NCBI GenBank assembly: GCA_963776245.1
Contig: CAVZLN010000006.1
Span: 416,001-480,000, forward strand
DNA length: 64,000 nucleotides
Direction: 5' to 3'
Source: Candidatus Eiseniibacteriota bacterium
GTDB lineage: Bacteria > Eisenbacteria > RBG-16-71-46
Shown here: positions 19,337 to 29,354 of the stretch, piece after piece
How the letters are laid out: each line of letters opens with the position of its first letter
Position numbering within the stretch: the stretch's first letter is position 1
Made by a program: the position numbers and the translations under genes
The notes under the pieces: model-generated
What the model was told of the DNA's origin: nothing
Databases searched by the model: none
Seen by the model: the letters and a program-made list of their open reading frames with translations, nothing else

Positions 19337-20574
19337 GCGATCCGGTCCTTCGGCCCGCGGCGCGGGCGCATGGCACCGGTGACGAACCGGAGCCAGAACC
19401 AGGTGAACACCGCGGCGGTGCGCAGCAGCGTGTTGACCGCCCCATACACCGGGTAGAACAGGAGCACGCCCACCGGCGCGCGCCGTCCGTGGCCCGGCTG
19501 GCGCACCACCCACCACGGGTAGAGCTCGAACGCGAGATAGGTCAGGTACAGCACGGCGGCCCACCAGCGCAGGCCGGGCGTGGCGGCGATGACGATGATG
19601 GACCACGTCTTGAATGGGTCGCTCACCAGCGTGTAGAGACTGTAGATCATCTCGTAGCGCAGCCGCCACGGCGCGCGACGGGCGAGCATCAGGCGCACCA
19701 CGTTGCCGAGCTGGTGATAGGTGCCGGGGTACCAGCCGAACAGGCGCTGGTGCAGCCATTCTGCGACACCGGCCGGCGCCACCGTCCACACCGGCTCGTT
19801 GGCGAACACGATGCGCTTGCCGTGGAGCAGGTGGATCATGGTCCGCTGCAGGTCCTCGCCCTGGAACACGCCCGTGTGCTCGTGGTGGAGCTCGTCGAGG
19901 TCCCCGGTGCGGAACAGCCCGATGGCGCCCGAGACACACGAGACCGACTGCGTCACGTCGTGGAACCGTTTGCCGATCTCCATGCTCTTGCCGTACTCGT
20001 AGCGTTGCAGCGCGCCGAGGAAGTTGTTCCCACGCGCGCTGTCGCGGTCGCGGCGGTCCGGCAGCACGGCGAACGCGACCGCGTCGTAGCCATCGTCGGA
20101 GAGCAGCGAGGTCGGGATGCGCGTCCCCCCGAGCCGCGTGTCGTCGTCGAGCAGCAGGGTGAACGGGGTGCGGACCCGGTGGACCGCGTAGTTGATCGCG
20201 GCGGCCTTGCCCTTGCCGCGCTCGAACCGGTACACGGTGCAGCCGAGTTCCGCCGCCACCTTCGACGTGTCGTCGGTGCTCCCGTCGTCGACCACCAGGA
20301 TGCGTTCCGGAGGCAGCTGGTGGGACAGCTCGGCCACGGTGCCCGGGAGGTGCTTCGCCCCGTCGCGCGAGGCGATGACCGCGGTGACCCGCGACGGGTC
20401 GGATGTGAACGGACGGTCCTCGCTGCGGCCGAGCAGTTCGATCACCATCTTCACGAAGTCCACCAGCACGCAGAACAGCACCGCGAACACGATGCCGTGC
20501 GTCCAGCCACCCATCGGGACGGGTCCTTCCGAGGACGGGGTGAGCCACGCGGTCCACAGCCGCCACAGGGTCAT
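19333..20574 (-). CDS. Membrane-integrated processive GT2 glycosyltransferase (PgaC/NodC/HAS-like); start uncertain
   Basis: DDGS, GK, DDD, QRYEY, CVSGA, GED, QRLFGW; N- and C-terminal transmembrane helices. Confidence 0.85.
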   Translation of the reverse strand: MTLWRLWTAWLTPSSEGPVPMGGWTHGIVFAVLFCVLVDFVKMVIELLGRSEDRPFTSDPSRVTAVIASRDGAKHLPGTVAELSHQLPPERILVVDDGSTDDTSKVAAELGCTVYRFERGKGKAAAINYAVHRVRTPFTLLLDDDTRLGGTRIPTSLLSDDGYDAVAFAVLPDRRDRDSARGNNFLGALQRYEYGKSMEIGKRFHDVTQSVSCVSGAIGLFRTGDLDELHHEHTGVFQGEDLQRTMIHLLHGKRIVFANEPVWTVAPAGVAEWLHQRLFGWYPGTYHQLGNVVRLMLARRAPWRLRYEMIYSLYTLVSDPFKTWSIIVIAATPGLRWWAAVLYLTYLAFELYPWWVVRQPGHGRRAPVGVLLFYPVYGAVNTLLRTAAVFTWFWLRFVTGAMRPRRGPKDRIA

Positions 20575-20619
20575 CGGCACGAGCGCCTCCGCCCTGCAGG
20601 GCCGCGGCGGGCGGCGGCC

Positions 20620-20648
20620 TTGACCCGCTCGCGCCCCGTCCCTACGCT
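20620..20648 (+). promoter_or_regulatory. sigma70-type promoter for pccB
   Basis: TTGACC-17 nt-TACGCT. Confidence 0.5.
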
Positions 20649-20684
20649 GCGGCGCTCGAGACGCACGAACCCCAGGAGGCGATC

Positions 20685-22235
20685 GTGGACCGCGAACAAC
20701 GACTGACCGAGCTGCGCCGGCGCCGCCAGCAGGCTCTCGAGGGCGGCGGCGCCGAGCGCGTCGCGAAGATCCACGCCCAGGGCCGCCTCACGGCGCGCGA
20801 GCGGCTCGAGCTCCTGCTCGACCCCGGCTCGTTCGTGGAGCTGGGCGCCTTCGTCACGCACCGCGCGCGCGACTTCGGGATGGAGCGCCGGCGCGTCACC
20901 GGCGACGGCGTGGTCGCGGGATGGGGCCATGTCGACGGCCGGATGGTGTACTGCTTCGCGCAGGACTTCACCGTCTTCGGCGGCACCATGAGCGAGGCGA
21001 ACGGCCGCAAGATCTGCGCGATCATGGATCTCGCGATGGACAACGGGGCGCCGGTGGTGGGCCTGAACGACTCCGGTGGCGCGCGCATCCAGGAGGGCGT
21101 CGTGTCGCTGGGCGCCTACGCCGACGTGTTCCTGCGCAACACGCTCGCGTCGGGGGTGGTCCCGCAGATCTCGGCCATCCTCGGGCCGTGCGCGGGCGGC
21201 GCGGTGTACTCCCCCGCCATCACCGATTTCACCGTCATGGTCCGGGGCACCAGCCACATGTTCGTGACCGGCCCTGAGGTCATCAAGGCGGTCACCTCCG
21301 AGGAGGTCTCCTTCGAGGACCTCGGCGGCGCGATGACCCACAACACCAAGAGCGGGGTCGCGCACTTCGCGGCGAGCGACGACGCGGACGCGCTGCGCCA
21401 CGTGCGGCGCCTGCTCTCGTTCATGCCCGCGAACAGCGCCGAGGACCCGCCGCGGCGAGCCTGCACGGACCCGGTGGACCGCCGCGATCCCGAACTGGCC
21501 ACCCTCGTGCCGGAATCGCCCGACAAGCCCTACGACATGAAGGAGGTCGTGCGCCGCGTGGTGGACGACGGCGACTTCTTCGAAGTCCACGAGCATTTCG
21601 CGGCCAACCTGGTGGTCGGCTTCGCGCGGCTGAACGGCCGTCCGGTCGGCATCGTGGGCAATCAGCCGCGCGTCCTGGCCGGCGTGCTCGACATCGACTC
21701 CTCGGTGAAGGGCGCGCGGTTCGTGCGCTTCTGCGACGCGTTCAACATCCCGCTGCTGACGTTCGAGGACGTGCCGGGCTTCCTCCCCGGCACGCAGCAG
21801 GAATGGGGCGGGATCATCCGTCACGGGGCCAAGCTGCTCTACGCCTACTGCGAGGCCACCGTGCCCAAGCTCACCGTGGTGGTGCGCAAGGCCTACGGCG
21901 GGGCGTACGACGTCATGTCCAGCAAGCACATCCGTGGCGACTACAACGTGGCCTGGCCGTCGGCGGAGATGGCGGTGATGGGGGCCGATGGCGCGGTCAA
22001 CATCCTCTATCGCGAGGAATTGGCCCGGGCCGGGGACCCGGTCGCGGAGCGCAAGCGCCTGATCGCGGAATACAACGACCGCTTCGCGAGCCCCTGGATC
22101 GCGGCCGAGCTGGGCTATCTCGACGACGTGATCGAGCCCGAGGACACCCGTCCACGGTTGATCGCCGCGCTCGAGATGCTGCGCGACAAGAAGCAGGTCC
22201 TGCCCCACAAGAAGCACGGCAACCCCCCGCTCTGA
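20685..22235 (+). CDS. pccB: Acyl-CoA carboxylase beta (carboxyltransferase) subunit, propionyl-/methylmalonyl-CoA type
   Basis: [62 protein letters not shown]. Confidence 0.93.
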   Translation: MDREQRLTELRRRRQQALEGGGAERVAKIHAQGRLTARERLELLLDPGSFVELGAFVTHRARDFGMERRRVTGDGVVAGWGHVDGRMVYCFAQDFTVFGGTMSEANGRKICAIMDLAMDNGAPVVGLNDSGGARIQEGVVSLGAYADVFLRNTLASGVVPQISAILGPCAGGAVYSPAITDFTVMVRGTSHMFVTGPEVIKAVTSEEVSFEDLGGAMTHNTKSGVAHFAASDDADALRHVRRLLSFMPANSAEDPPRRACTDPVDRRDPELATLVPESPDKPYDMKEVVRRVVDDGDFFEVHEHFAANLVVGFARLNGRPVGIVGNQPRVLAGVLDIDSSVKGARFVRFCDAFNIPLLTFEDVPGFLPGTQQEWGGIIRHGAKLLYAYCEATVPKLTVVVRKAYGGAYDVMSSKHIRGDYNVAWPSAEMAVMGADGAVNILYREELARAGDPVAERKRLIAEYNDRFASPWIAAELGYLDDVIEPEDTRPRLIAALEMLRDKKQVLPHKKHGNPPL

Positions 22236-22253
22236 GCGGGTCTGGAACACCCA

Positions 22254-22282
22254 AGGGGACGCGCCCATGGGCACGTCCCCCT
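22254..22282. terminator. Hairpin between convergent pccB and queA
   Basis: GGGGACGCGCCC-at-GGGCACGTCCCC; the single mismatch becomes a G-U pair on the minus strand. Confidence 0.45.
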
Positions 22283-22333
22283 GCCGCGCGGGAGTATATC
22301 CGGCGGCCGGGCCTGACGCCACCGGGAGCGGGC

Positions 22334-23362
22334 TCACACCACCAGCATCGCGTCCCCGTACGAGTAGAAGCGGTAGCGCTCCGCGACCGCGTGGGTATAG
22401 GCGCGCTTCATGAGGTCCTCTCCCGCGAACGCGGCCACCAGCAGCAGCAGCGTGGTGCGCGGCAGATGGAAGTTCGTCAGCAGGGCGTCCACGGCCCGGA
22501 AGCGGTAGGGCGGCAGGATGTACTTGCGCGTCCACCCGCTGGCGGCCGCCAGCGCGCCGGCGTGCGCGTCGCACGCGGACTCGAGCGCGCGCACCGAGGT
22601 GGTGCCGACCGCCACGATCCGCCCGCCCGCGGCCCGCGCCGCCCGCAGCGCGGCCGCGGTGGCTTCGGGCACCTCGAACCACTCCTCGTCCATCCGGTGC
22701 TCCGCCGGGTCCGCGGCCGACACCGGGCGGAACGTGCCCGGACCCACATGGAGCACCACGCGCCACGCCGGAACGCCGCGCGCGGCGAGCGCCGCGAGCA
22801 GCTCGGGCGTGAAGTGGAGCCCCGCCGTCGGTGAGGCGACCGCGCCGTCCACGCGCGCATACACGGTCTGATAGCGGTCGCGGTCGGAATCGTCCGCCGC
22901 GCGATGGATGTAGGGCGGCAGCGGCATCTCGCCGTGCGCCTCGAGCGCGGCGCGCAGGTCGCCGCGGGCGACGCGCACGACCCGCTCGCCCTCCTCACCG
23001 GCGGACATCACCTCGAGCTCGAGCGCTCCGTCCGCGGTCGCGAGCCGGCCGCCGGGGGGCGCCTTCCGCGCCGGCCGCGCGAGCACCCGCCACCCACCGC
23101 CCGGCTCCGGGCGCACCAGCAGGAGCTCGACCCGGCCCCCGCTCGGACGCTGGACGCGCAGTCGCGCCGGGATGACGCGCGTCTCATTGACCGCCAGCGC
23201 GTCACCCGGACGCAGCCATTCGCCGAGGCGTGCGAAGGTCGTGTCGTGGAGGGTCCCGCTCGAGCGTTCCAGCACCAGCAGGCGCGAGCCCTCGCGCCGC
23301 ACGGCGGGCCGCTGGGCGATCAGCTCGGGCGGCAGGGGATAGTCGAGGTCGTCGAGTCGCAC
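22334..23362 (-). CDS. queA: SAM:tRNA ribosyltransferase-isomerase
   Basis: LPPELIAQRP, NETRVIPARL, PLPPYI, RYQTVYA, PTAGLHFT, TNFHLP, YRFYSYGDAM. Confidence 0.97.
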   Translation of the reverse strand: MRLDDLDYPLPPELIAQRPAVRREGSRLLVLERSSGTLHDTTFARLGEWLRPGDALAVNETRVIPARLRVQRPSGGRVELLLVRPEPGGGWRVLARPARKAPPGGRLATADGALELEVMSAGEEGERVVRVARGDLRAALEAHGEMPLPPYIHRAADDSDRDRYQTVYARVDGAVASPTAGLHFTPELLAALAARGVPAWRVVLHVGPGTFRPVSAADPAEHRMDEEWFEVPEATAAALRAARAAGGRIVAVGTTSVRALESACDAHAGALAAASGWTRKYILPPYRFRAVDALLTNFHLPRTTLLLLVAAFAGEDLMKRAYTHAVAERYRFYSYGDAMLVV

Positions 23363-23385
23363 GGCGCCGGGGTGGCGGACCCGCG

Positions 23386-24471
23386 TCAGGACAGCGGCAG
23401 TTCGGGGTGGACCGCGCCGCCGCGGCTCGCGCCCGGCAGCGGATGTCCGAGGTGCTCGTAGGCGAGCGGGGTGGCCTCGCGTCCGCGCGACGTGCGCTTG
23501 ATGAACCCCTCCTGCACCAGGTAGGGCTCGTACACGTCCTCCAGCGTCCCGGCTTCCTCGCCCACCACCACCGCGAGCGTATTGAGCCCCACCGGGCCGC
23601 CGCCGTACTTGGTGATCAGCGCCTCGAGCAGGCGGCGGTCCATCTCGTCGAGGCCGCGCGCGTCCACCTCGAGCAGGCGCAGCGCCTCGCGGGTGATGGC
23701 GAGATCCACCCGCCCGTCGCCCCGGATGAGGGCTACGTCGCGCACCCGGCGGAGCAGCCGGTTGGCGACGCGCGGCGTGCCGCGCGAGCGGCGCGCGATC
23801 TCGACCGCGGCGTCGGCCGCGACCTCGACCTTGAGGATCGAAGCCGATCGCTCGACGATCCGGGCGAGGTCGGCGGCCGCGTAGTAGTCGAGCCGCAGGG
23901 TCATCCCGAAGCGCGCGCGCAGCGGGGACGACAGCAGCCCCGAACGCGTGGTGGCGCCGACCAGCGTGAATCGCTCGAGATTGATCTTGAGCGAGCGGGC
24001 GCTCGGACCGCGGTCGAGCAGGATGTCGAGCGTGAAGTCCTCGAGCGCCGGATAGAGATACTCCTCGACCACCGGGCTCAGCCGGTGGATCTCGTCCACG
24101 AACAGGATGCCGCGCGGACCGACGTTGGTCAGCAGGCCGGCGAGATCGCCGGGGCGCTCGATGACCGGGCCCGAGGTGTGCGTGATCTCGACGCCGAGTT
24201 CGTTCGCGAGGATGGTGGCGAGGGTGGTCTTGCCGAGCCCGGGGGGGCCGTGGAACAGCACGTGATCCAGCGCCTCGCCGCGCCGGCGCGTGGCCTCGAG
24301 GAAGATGGCGAGCTGCTCCTTCACCAGCGCCTGGCCGACGAAGTCGACCAGCGCCAGGGGCCGCAGCCGCGACTCCTCGCGCACGTCCTCGGGGAAGGCC
24401 TCGGGGTCGGCGATGCGCGGCGCGTGCTTCGCGCGTGCGGGATCGCGTATCGACTTCGGTTCGTCCGTCAC
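23386..24471 (-). CDS. ruvB: Holliday junction branch-migration ATPase
   Basis: [38 protein letters not shown]. Confidence 0.97.
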   Translation of the reverse strand: MTDEPKSIRDPARAKHAPRIADPEAFPEDVREESRLRPLALVDFVGQALVKEQLAIFLEATRRRGEALDHVLFHGPPGLGKTTLATILANELGVEITHTSGPVIERPGDLAGLLTNVGPRGILFVDEIHRLSPVVEEYLYPALEDFTLDILLDRGPSARSLKINLERFTLVGATTRSGLLSSPLRARFGMTLRLDYYAAADLARIVERSASILKVEVAADAAVEIARRSRGTPRVANRLLRRVRDVALIRGDGRVDLAITREALRLLEVDARGLDEMDRRLLEALITKYGGGPVGLNTLAVVVGEEAGTLEDVYEPYLVQEGFIKRTSRGREATPLAYEHLGHPLPGASRGGAVHPELPLS

Positions 24472-25106
24472 CGCGCGCTCCCTCCCGACGTGAGCGCGGC
24501 CTTGCCGAGCCTCATCAGCGCACGCCGCACCAGATCCTCGAGCGACAGGTCGTCCTCCGCCTCGGCCACCCTGCGGATCGCCTCGGTTGCCTGAGGCGCA
24601 GTGTAGCCCAGCGCGAGGAGCGCGGCGACGCCGTCCTCGAACCGCCCGTGGGGCGGCAGCACCGTGCCGTCGCGCGGCTCCGGCGATCCGCCCGGCGGCG
24701 ACAGCCACTCGAGCTTGTCGCGCAGCTCGACGACCAGGCGCTCGGCGGTCTTGCGTCCGATGCCCGGGATGGCGACCAGGGTGGCGACGTGCTCGCCGCG
24801 GATCGCGCGCGCGAGCGCCAGCGGCTTGAGCCCCGAGAGCACCGCGAGAGCGAGGCGCGGCCCCACGCCGTTGACTCCGATGAGCAGGTCGAACAGGCCC
24901 AGCTCCTCGGGGTCGGCGAAGCCGAACAGCTGGAGCGAGTCCTCGCGCACCACCTGGCGGGTGCGCAGCGCGGCCATCTCGCCCACCCCGGGCAGCGCCC
25001 CCGCGGTGTGGGCCGAGACGCTCACGAGGTAGCCCACGCCGCCACACTCGACCACGCAGTGGGCCGCCGACTTCTCGAGCAGGGTGCCGCACAGGCTGGC
25101 GATCAT
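24468..25106 (-). CDS. ruvA: Holliday junction binding protein
   Basis: [37 protein letters not shown]. Confidence 0.96.
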   Translation of the reverse strand: MIASLCGTLLEKSAAHCVVECGGVGYLVSVSAHTAGALPGVGEMAALRTRQVVREDSLQLFGFADPEELGLFDLLIGVNGVGPRLALAVLSGLKPLALARAIRGEHVATLVAIPGIGRKTAERLVVELRDKLEWLSPPGGSPEPRDGTVLPPHGRFEDGVAALLALGYTAPQATEAIRRVAEAEDDLSLEDLVRRALMRLGKAALTSGGSAR

Positions 25107-25645
25107 CGCGGGCTCTGGCGCGCGAGCAGCAGGGCGAGGCGCTGGGCGGCGGCGGAGGCGGCGCGCGCGGGCGCCGGGCGGTTCGCGCGGTGCAGGTGGC
25201 AGAGCGCGATGGCGAGCGCATCGGAGGCGTCGGGACCGATCACGCCACGCACCCCGAGCAGGCGGCGCACCATGAACACGACCTGATCCTTGGATCCCGC
25301 GCCGGTCCCGGTGACGCTCATCTTGACCTCGCGCGGCGTGTACTCCGCCACCTCGAACCCGCGCTGGACAGCGGCCACCAGCAGCGCGCCGCGCACCTGG
25401 CCCAGCACCAGCGTCGAGCGCACGTTCTCGTGATAGAACGCTTCCTCGATGGCCACCACGTCGGGCCGGAATTCGTCCATCACCTCGCCCGCCCGCGTCG
25501 CGATGGCGTGCAGCCGGTGGGGCAGATCGAGCCGGGCGGGCGGGGCGGCGACACCGTGGGTCAGACAGCGATAGAGGTTGCCGCAGCGCTCGACCACGCC
25601 GTAGCCGGTGCGCCGGCTGCCGGGGTCGAGTCCGAGGACGCGCAT
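25103..25645 (-). CDS. ruvC: Holliday junction resolvase
   Basis: [32 protein letters not shown]. Confidence 0.96.
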   Translation of the reverse strand: MRVLGLDPGSRRTGYGVVERCGNLYRCLTHGVAAPPARLDLPHRLHAIATRAGEVMDEFRPDVVAIEEAFYHENVRSTLVLGQVRGALLVAAVQRGFEVAEYTPREVKMSVTGTGAGSKDQVVFMVRRLLGVRGVIGPDASDALAIALCHLHRANRPAPARAASAAAQRLALLLARQSPR

Positions 25646-25661
25646 GCCGGGCCGCCCGGCG

Positions 25662-26411
25662 TCAGTCCGACAGCTTGGCGAGGACGTCGTCGGCCATGTC
25701 GAAGTTGGCGTGGACCTTCTGGACGTCGTCGTGATCCTCGAGCGCCTCGATGAGGCGCAGCAGCGCCCCGCCCTCCTTCTCCGTGACGGGGACCTGGAGA
25801 CTCGCCACCTTGGTGATCTCGGCGCTCTGCACCGGGATGGCCCTGGCCGCCAGCGCCTCCTTCACCGCCTCGAAGGCGGCGAGAGGAGTCAGGATCTCGT
25901 GGGAGTCGCCGCTCGTGGTCACGTCTTCGGCGCCCGCCTCGAGCGCGACCTCGATGAGCAGGTCCTCGGCCACGGCGGACTTCTCGACCAGCAGCACGCC
26001 CTTGGGCCTGAACAGGTACGAGACCGCGCCGGCCTCAGCCATGTTGCCGCCGTACTTGGTCAGGACGTGGCGGATGTCCCCCGCGGTCCGGTTGCGATTG
26101 TCGGTCGCGACCTCGATGAGCAGGGCCACGCCGCCGGGGGCGTAACCCTCGTACTGGACCTCTTCGTAGTTCGCGCCCTCGACCTCGCCGCTGCCACGCT
26201 TGATCGCACGTTCGATGTTGTTGGCCGGCATGTTCACGGACTTGGCGGTCGCCACCGCCGTGCGCAGCCGGGGATTGGACTCGAGGTCCCCCCCACCGTG
26301 CCGGGCGGCGATCGTGATCTCCTTGATGTACTTGGAGAACATCTTGCCACGGGCCTGGTCGGTGGCCGCCTTCTTACGCTTGATGGTGGCCCACTTGGAA
26401 TGGCCGGACAT
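25662..26411 (-). CDS. yebC: YebC/PmpR family protein
   Basis: MSGHSKWATIKRKK, NPRLR, YEGYAPGG, TDNRNRT, DDVQKV. Confidence 0.97.
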   Translation of the reverse strand: MSGHSKWATIKRKKAATDQARGKMFSKYIKEITIAARHGGGDLESNPRLRTAVATAKSVNMPANNIERAIKRGSGEVEGANYEEVQYEGYAPGGVALLIEVATDNRNRTAGDIRHVLTKYGGNMAEAGAVSYLFRPKGVLLVEKSAVAEDLLIEVALEAGAEDVTTSGDSHEILTPLAAFEAVKEALAARAIPVQSAEITKVASLQVPVTEKEGGALLRLIEALEDHDDVQKVHANFDMADDVLAKLSD

Positions 26412-26431
26412 GCCTCACCTCCGGATGCGCT

Positions 26432-28534
26432 TCAGGACGCGTTCGCGTTCGCCTCGCGCTCCGCCCTCGCCGCCGCGATCACCTTCTCGGACTGATCGCG
26501 CGGAACCTCCTCGTAGCGGGAGAACCGCTGCGAGTGCACGCCGCGCCCCTGCGTCAGCGAGCGCAACTGAGCCGAATACTTGTAGAGCTCGCCGCTGGGC
26601 ACCTCGGCGTGGATGATCTGACGGCTGCCCTCCGTCTCCGTCTTCAGGATGCGGCCGCGGCGCACGGAGAGGTCGCCCATCACGTCCCCCAGGAAGTCGC
26701 CCGGGATGCGCACGATCACGTTCTCGATGGGCTCGAGCAGCACCGCCCGCGCCTCGGGCTTCTTCATGACCTCGTGGAAGCACGATTCCCCGGCGATCTT
26801 GAACGCCATCTCCGACGAATCCACGTCGTGGTACTTGCCGAAGAACAGCGCCACCTGCACGTCGACCACCTGATAGCCCGCGAGCGGGCCGCGTTCCATC
26901 CCCGCCACCACACCCTTCTCGACCGCCGGGATGAACTGGTTGGGCACCACCCCACCCTTGACCTCGTCGAGGAACTTGAATCCCTCCCCGCGCGGGCTCG
27001 CCTGCAGGCGCAGGTGGACCTCCCCGAACTGGCCGCGCCCTCCGGTCTGCTTCTTGTGACGATACTCGCCCTCGGCCTTGCCCTTGATGGTCTCGCGGTA
27101 GGGCACGTGCGGCTTCGAGAGCACCACCTCGACGCCGAAGCGCTTCTTCAGGCGCTCCACCATGACCTCGATCTGGAGGTCGCCCATGCCGTAGACCAGG
27201 GTCTCGTGCGTGCTCGTCTCGTAGGTGCGCGAGAAGGTCGGGTCCTCCTCATGGAGGCGCGCGAGCCCGGTGGAGATCTTCTCCTCGTCCCCCTTGTTCT
27301 TCGCCTTCACGCACTCCGCGGTCACCGGGCCCGGGAAGTCCGGAGGCGCCAGGACCACCGGGCGCGACTTCTCCGCCAGCGTGTCCCCGGTGTGCGTCTC
27401 CTTGAGCTTCACCGCCGCGACGATGTCGCCCGCGATCGCGCTCTTGCACTCCAGCCGCTCCTTGCCCACCAGGTGGTAGAGGGCGCTCATCTTCTCGGCG
27501 CGATTGCGCGTGCTGTTCAGGACGTCCCGGCCCGGCTCGAGATGGCCCGAGTAGAGGCGGATCAGCGAGAGATCACCGAGGTGCTGCTCGGAGAGCGTCT
27601 TGAACACCATGCCGGTGACCGGCTCGCCGCTCTCGGGCTTGAGGGTGACAGCGGTCTCGCCGATCAGGCCCGACTGCTGCTTGACCTGGTGGGGCGCGGG
27701 CAGCACGTCGATGACCTCGGCGAGCACCTCCCGGACACCGTGGTTGTTGAACGCCGAGCAGCAGAAGACCGGCATGAGATCGCCCAGCACCACGCGCTCG
27801 CACAGGCCCTTGCGGATCTCCGTCTCGGTGAGCTCGGCGCCCTCGAGGAACTTGTTCATCAGCTCCTCGTCGCCGATCGCGGCCTCTTCCATCAGGGTGG
27901 CCCGGGCCCGGGCGACGGCATCCACCATCTCGACGGGCACCGGCACCTCGCTGCTCTTCTCCTCCATGCCCTTGCCGCTGAACGTGTAGGCCTTGCCCTC
28001 GATGAGATCGACGATGCCGCGGAAGGCCTCGGCCTCACCGATGGGCAATTGGGCAGGCACCGCATTGATGCCGAGCTTCTGGCGAAGCGAGGCCACCGCG
28101 GCGAGGAAGTCGGCGTGCTCCTTGTCCATCATGTTCACGACCACCAGCACGGGGGTCTTTTCCTGCTTCAGCACCTCCCACACCACTTCCGTGCCCACCT
28201 CCACGCCGGCGTTCGCGCGCAGCATGAGGATGGCGGAGTCGGCGACCCTCAGCGCGCTGTACACATCGCCCACGAAGTCCGGATAGCCGGGCGTGTCCAT
28301 CAGGTTGACCTTGTGTCCCGCCCACTCGAACTGGGCGAGCCCGAGGTTGATCGTGATCTGGCGCGAGATCTCGTCGGCGGCGTGGTCGAGCAGCGTGGTC
28401 CCGTCGGCGACGCGGCCGAGCCGGGTCGTCGCCTTCGCCAGGAAGAGCATCGCCTCGGCGAGCGAGGTCTTGCCGACGCCGTGATGGGCGACGAGCGCGA
28501 CGTTGCGGATCTGCGCGGTGGTGAATTCCCTCAA
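26432..28534 (-). CDS. Elongation factor G paralog (EF-G2-like), TTG start
   Basis: All five EF-G domains (HKKQTGGRGQF, YHDVDSS, LRSLTQGRG); G1 AHHGVGKT, G3 DTPG, G4 NMMD; GAGGTG RBS before TTG 28534; no rpsL/rpsG/tuf nearby. Confidence 0.9.
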   Translation of the reverse strand: MREFTTAQIRNVALVAHHGVGKTSLAEAMLFLAKATTRLGRVADGTTLLDHAADEISRQITINLGLAQFEWAGHKVNLMDTPGYPDFVGDVYSALRVADSAILMLRANAGVEVGTEVVWEVLKQEKTPVLVVVNMMDKEHADFLAAVASLRQKLGINAVPAQLPIGEAEAFRGIVDLIEGKAYTFSGKGMEEKSSEVPVPVEMVDAVARARATLMEEAAIGDEELMNKFLEGAELTETEIRKGLCERVVLGDLMPVFCCSAFNNHGVREVLAEVIDVLPAPHQVKQQSGLIGETAVTLKPESGEPVTGMVFKTLSEQHLGDLSLIRLYSGHLEPGRDVLNSTRNRAEKMSALYHLVGKERLECKSAIAGDIVAAVKLKETHTGDTLAEKSRPVVLAPPDFPGPVTAECVKAKNKGDEEKISTGLARLHEEDPTFSRTYETSTHETLVYGMGDLQIEVMVERLKKRFGVEVVLSKPHVPYRETIKGKAEGEYRHKKQTGGRGQFGEVHLRLQASPRGEGFKFLDEVKGGVVPNQFIPAVEKGVVAGMERGPLAGYQVVDVQVALFFGKYHDVDSSEMAFKIAGESCFHEVMKKPEARAVLLEPIENVIVRIPGDFLGDVMGDLSVRRGRILKTETEGSRQIIHAEVPSGELYKYSAQLRSLTQGRGVHSQRFSRYEEVPRDQSEKVIAAARAEREANANAS

Positions 28535-28795
28535 GTCACACCTCGGAGTGGGTGGATGAAGTCGTCCTGGGTGCGCGACCGGGGGGTCGGGCATCGCGTA
28601 TGAGCGCGTAAGATGATGCGGCGACGAACGCTATCACCGTGCGCGCAAGCGGGTCAAGCGTGGCCCGCCCGCCCGCGCGTCGCAGGCGACGCGCGCGGCC
28701 GAGCCGGCCCCGGCCCGCGGATCCGACGCCAGGGAGAGGGCATCGAACGAGTGCCGGGGGTCGTCATCGCGGACCACGCTGCGCCCGCCGACTCA

Positions 28796-28825
28796 TTGAC
28801 CCCCGATCGCACGAACCGCTAGTCT
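28796..28825 (+). promoter_or_regulatory. sigma70-type promoter for the cytochrome c gene
   Basis: TTGACC-18 nt-TAGTCT. Confidence 0.5.
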
Positions 28826-28892
28826 TCCTGCGTTTGCGAGCAGGGTCTTCCCCGAGAACCTGTTCCGTACGCACCGACCCGAAGGAGAGACG

Positions 28893-29276
28893 ATGAGCGT
28901 GAGCACCCGGAAGCGCGTCGCGGTGGCCCTCGGCCTCGCGGCGCTCACCATCTTCGCGGCCTATGCCGCGACGGCCGGTCCCGCCAAGGGCAATGCCGCG
29001 GCCGCGAAGCCCGTCTTCACCTCGAAGTGTATCGCCTGCCACAAGGCCGATGGCAGCGGAGGCGTGAAGCTGACCGGGAACCCGACGCCGAACTGGAAGG
29101 ACCCCAAGACCTGGGCCGATCCCAAGCGCACCGACGACTACCTCCGCGACTGCATCACCAATGGCAAGATGCAGTCGGGCATGGTCGCCTGGGGAAAGAC
29201 CGGACAGCTGAAGCCGCAGCAGGTCGAGGACATGATCGTTTACATCCGCACGACGTTCGCGCCGAAGAAGAAGTAG
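28893..29276 (+). CDS. Periplasmic monoheme class I cytochrome c
   Basis: Signal peptide, CIACH heme motif, distal GMVAW Met ligand; AAGGAG RBS. Confidence 0.9.
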   Translation: MSVSTRKRVAVALGLAALTIFAAYAATAGPAKGNAAAAKPVFTSKCIACHKADGSGGVKLTGNPTPNWKDPKTWADPKRTDDYLRDCITNGKMQSGMVAWGKTGQLKPQQVEDMIVYIRTTFAPKKK

Positions 29277-29298
29277 CCGCGCTCCGGCCGGAGACGCG

Positions 29299-29330
29299 AG
29301 AGGCGGGCCCGGTGGGCCCGCCTCTTCGTT
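29299..29330 (+). terminator. Intrinsic terminator-like hairpin
   Basis: AGAGGCGGGCCC-ggt-GGGCCCGCCTCT followed by TCGTT. Confidence 0.65.
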
Positions 29331-29354
29331 CTCTCCCGGCGCTCGCGCCCGGGA

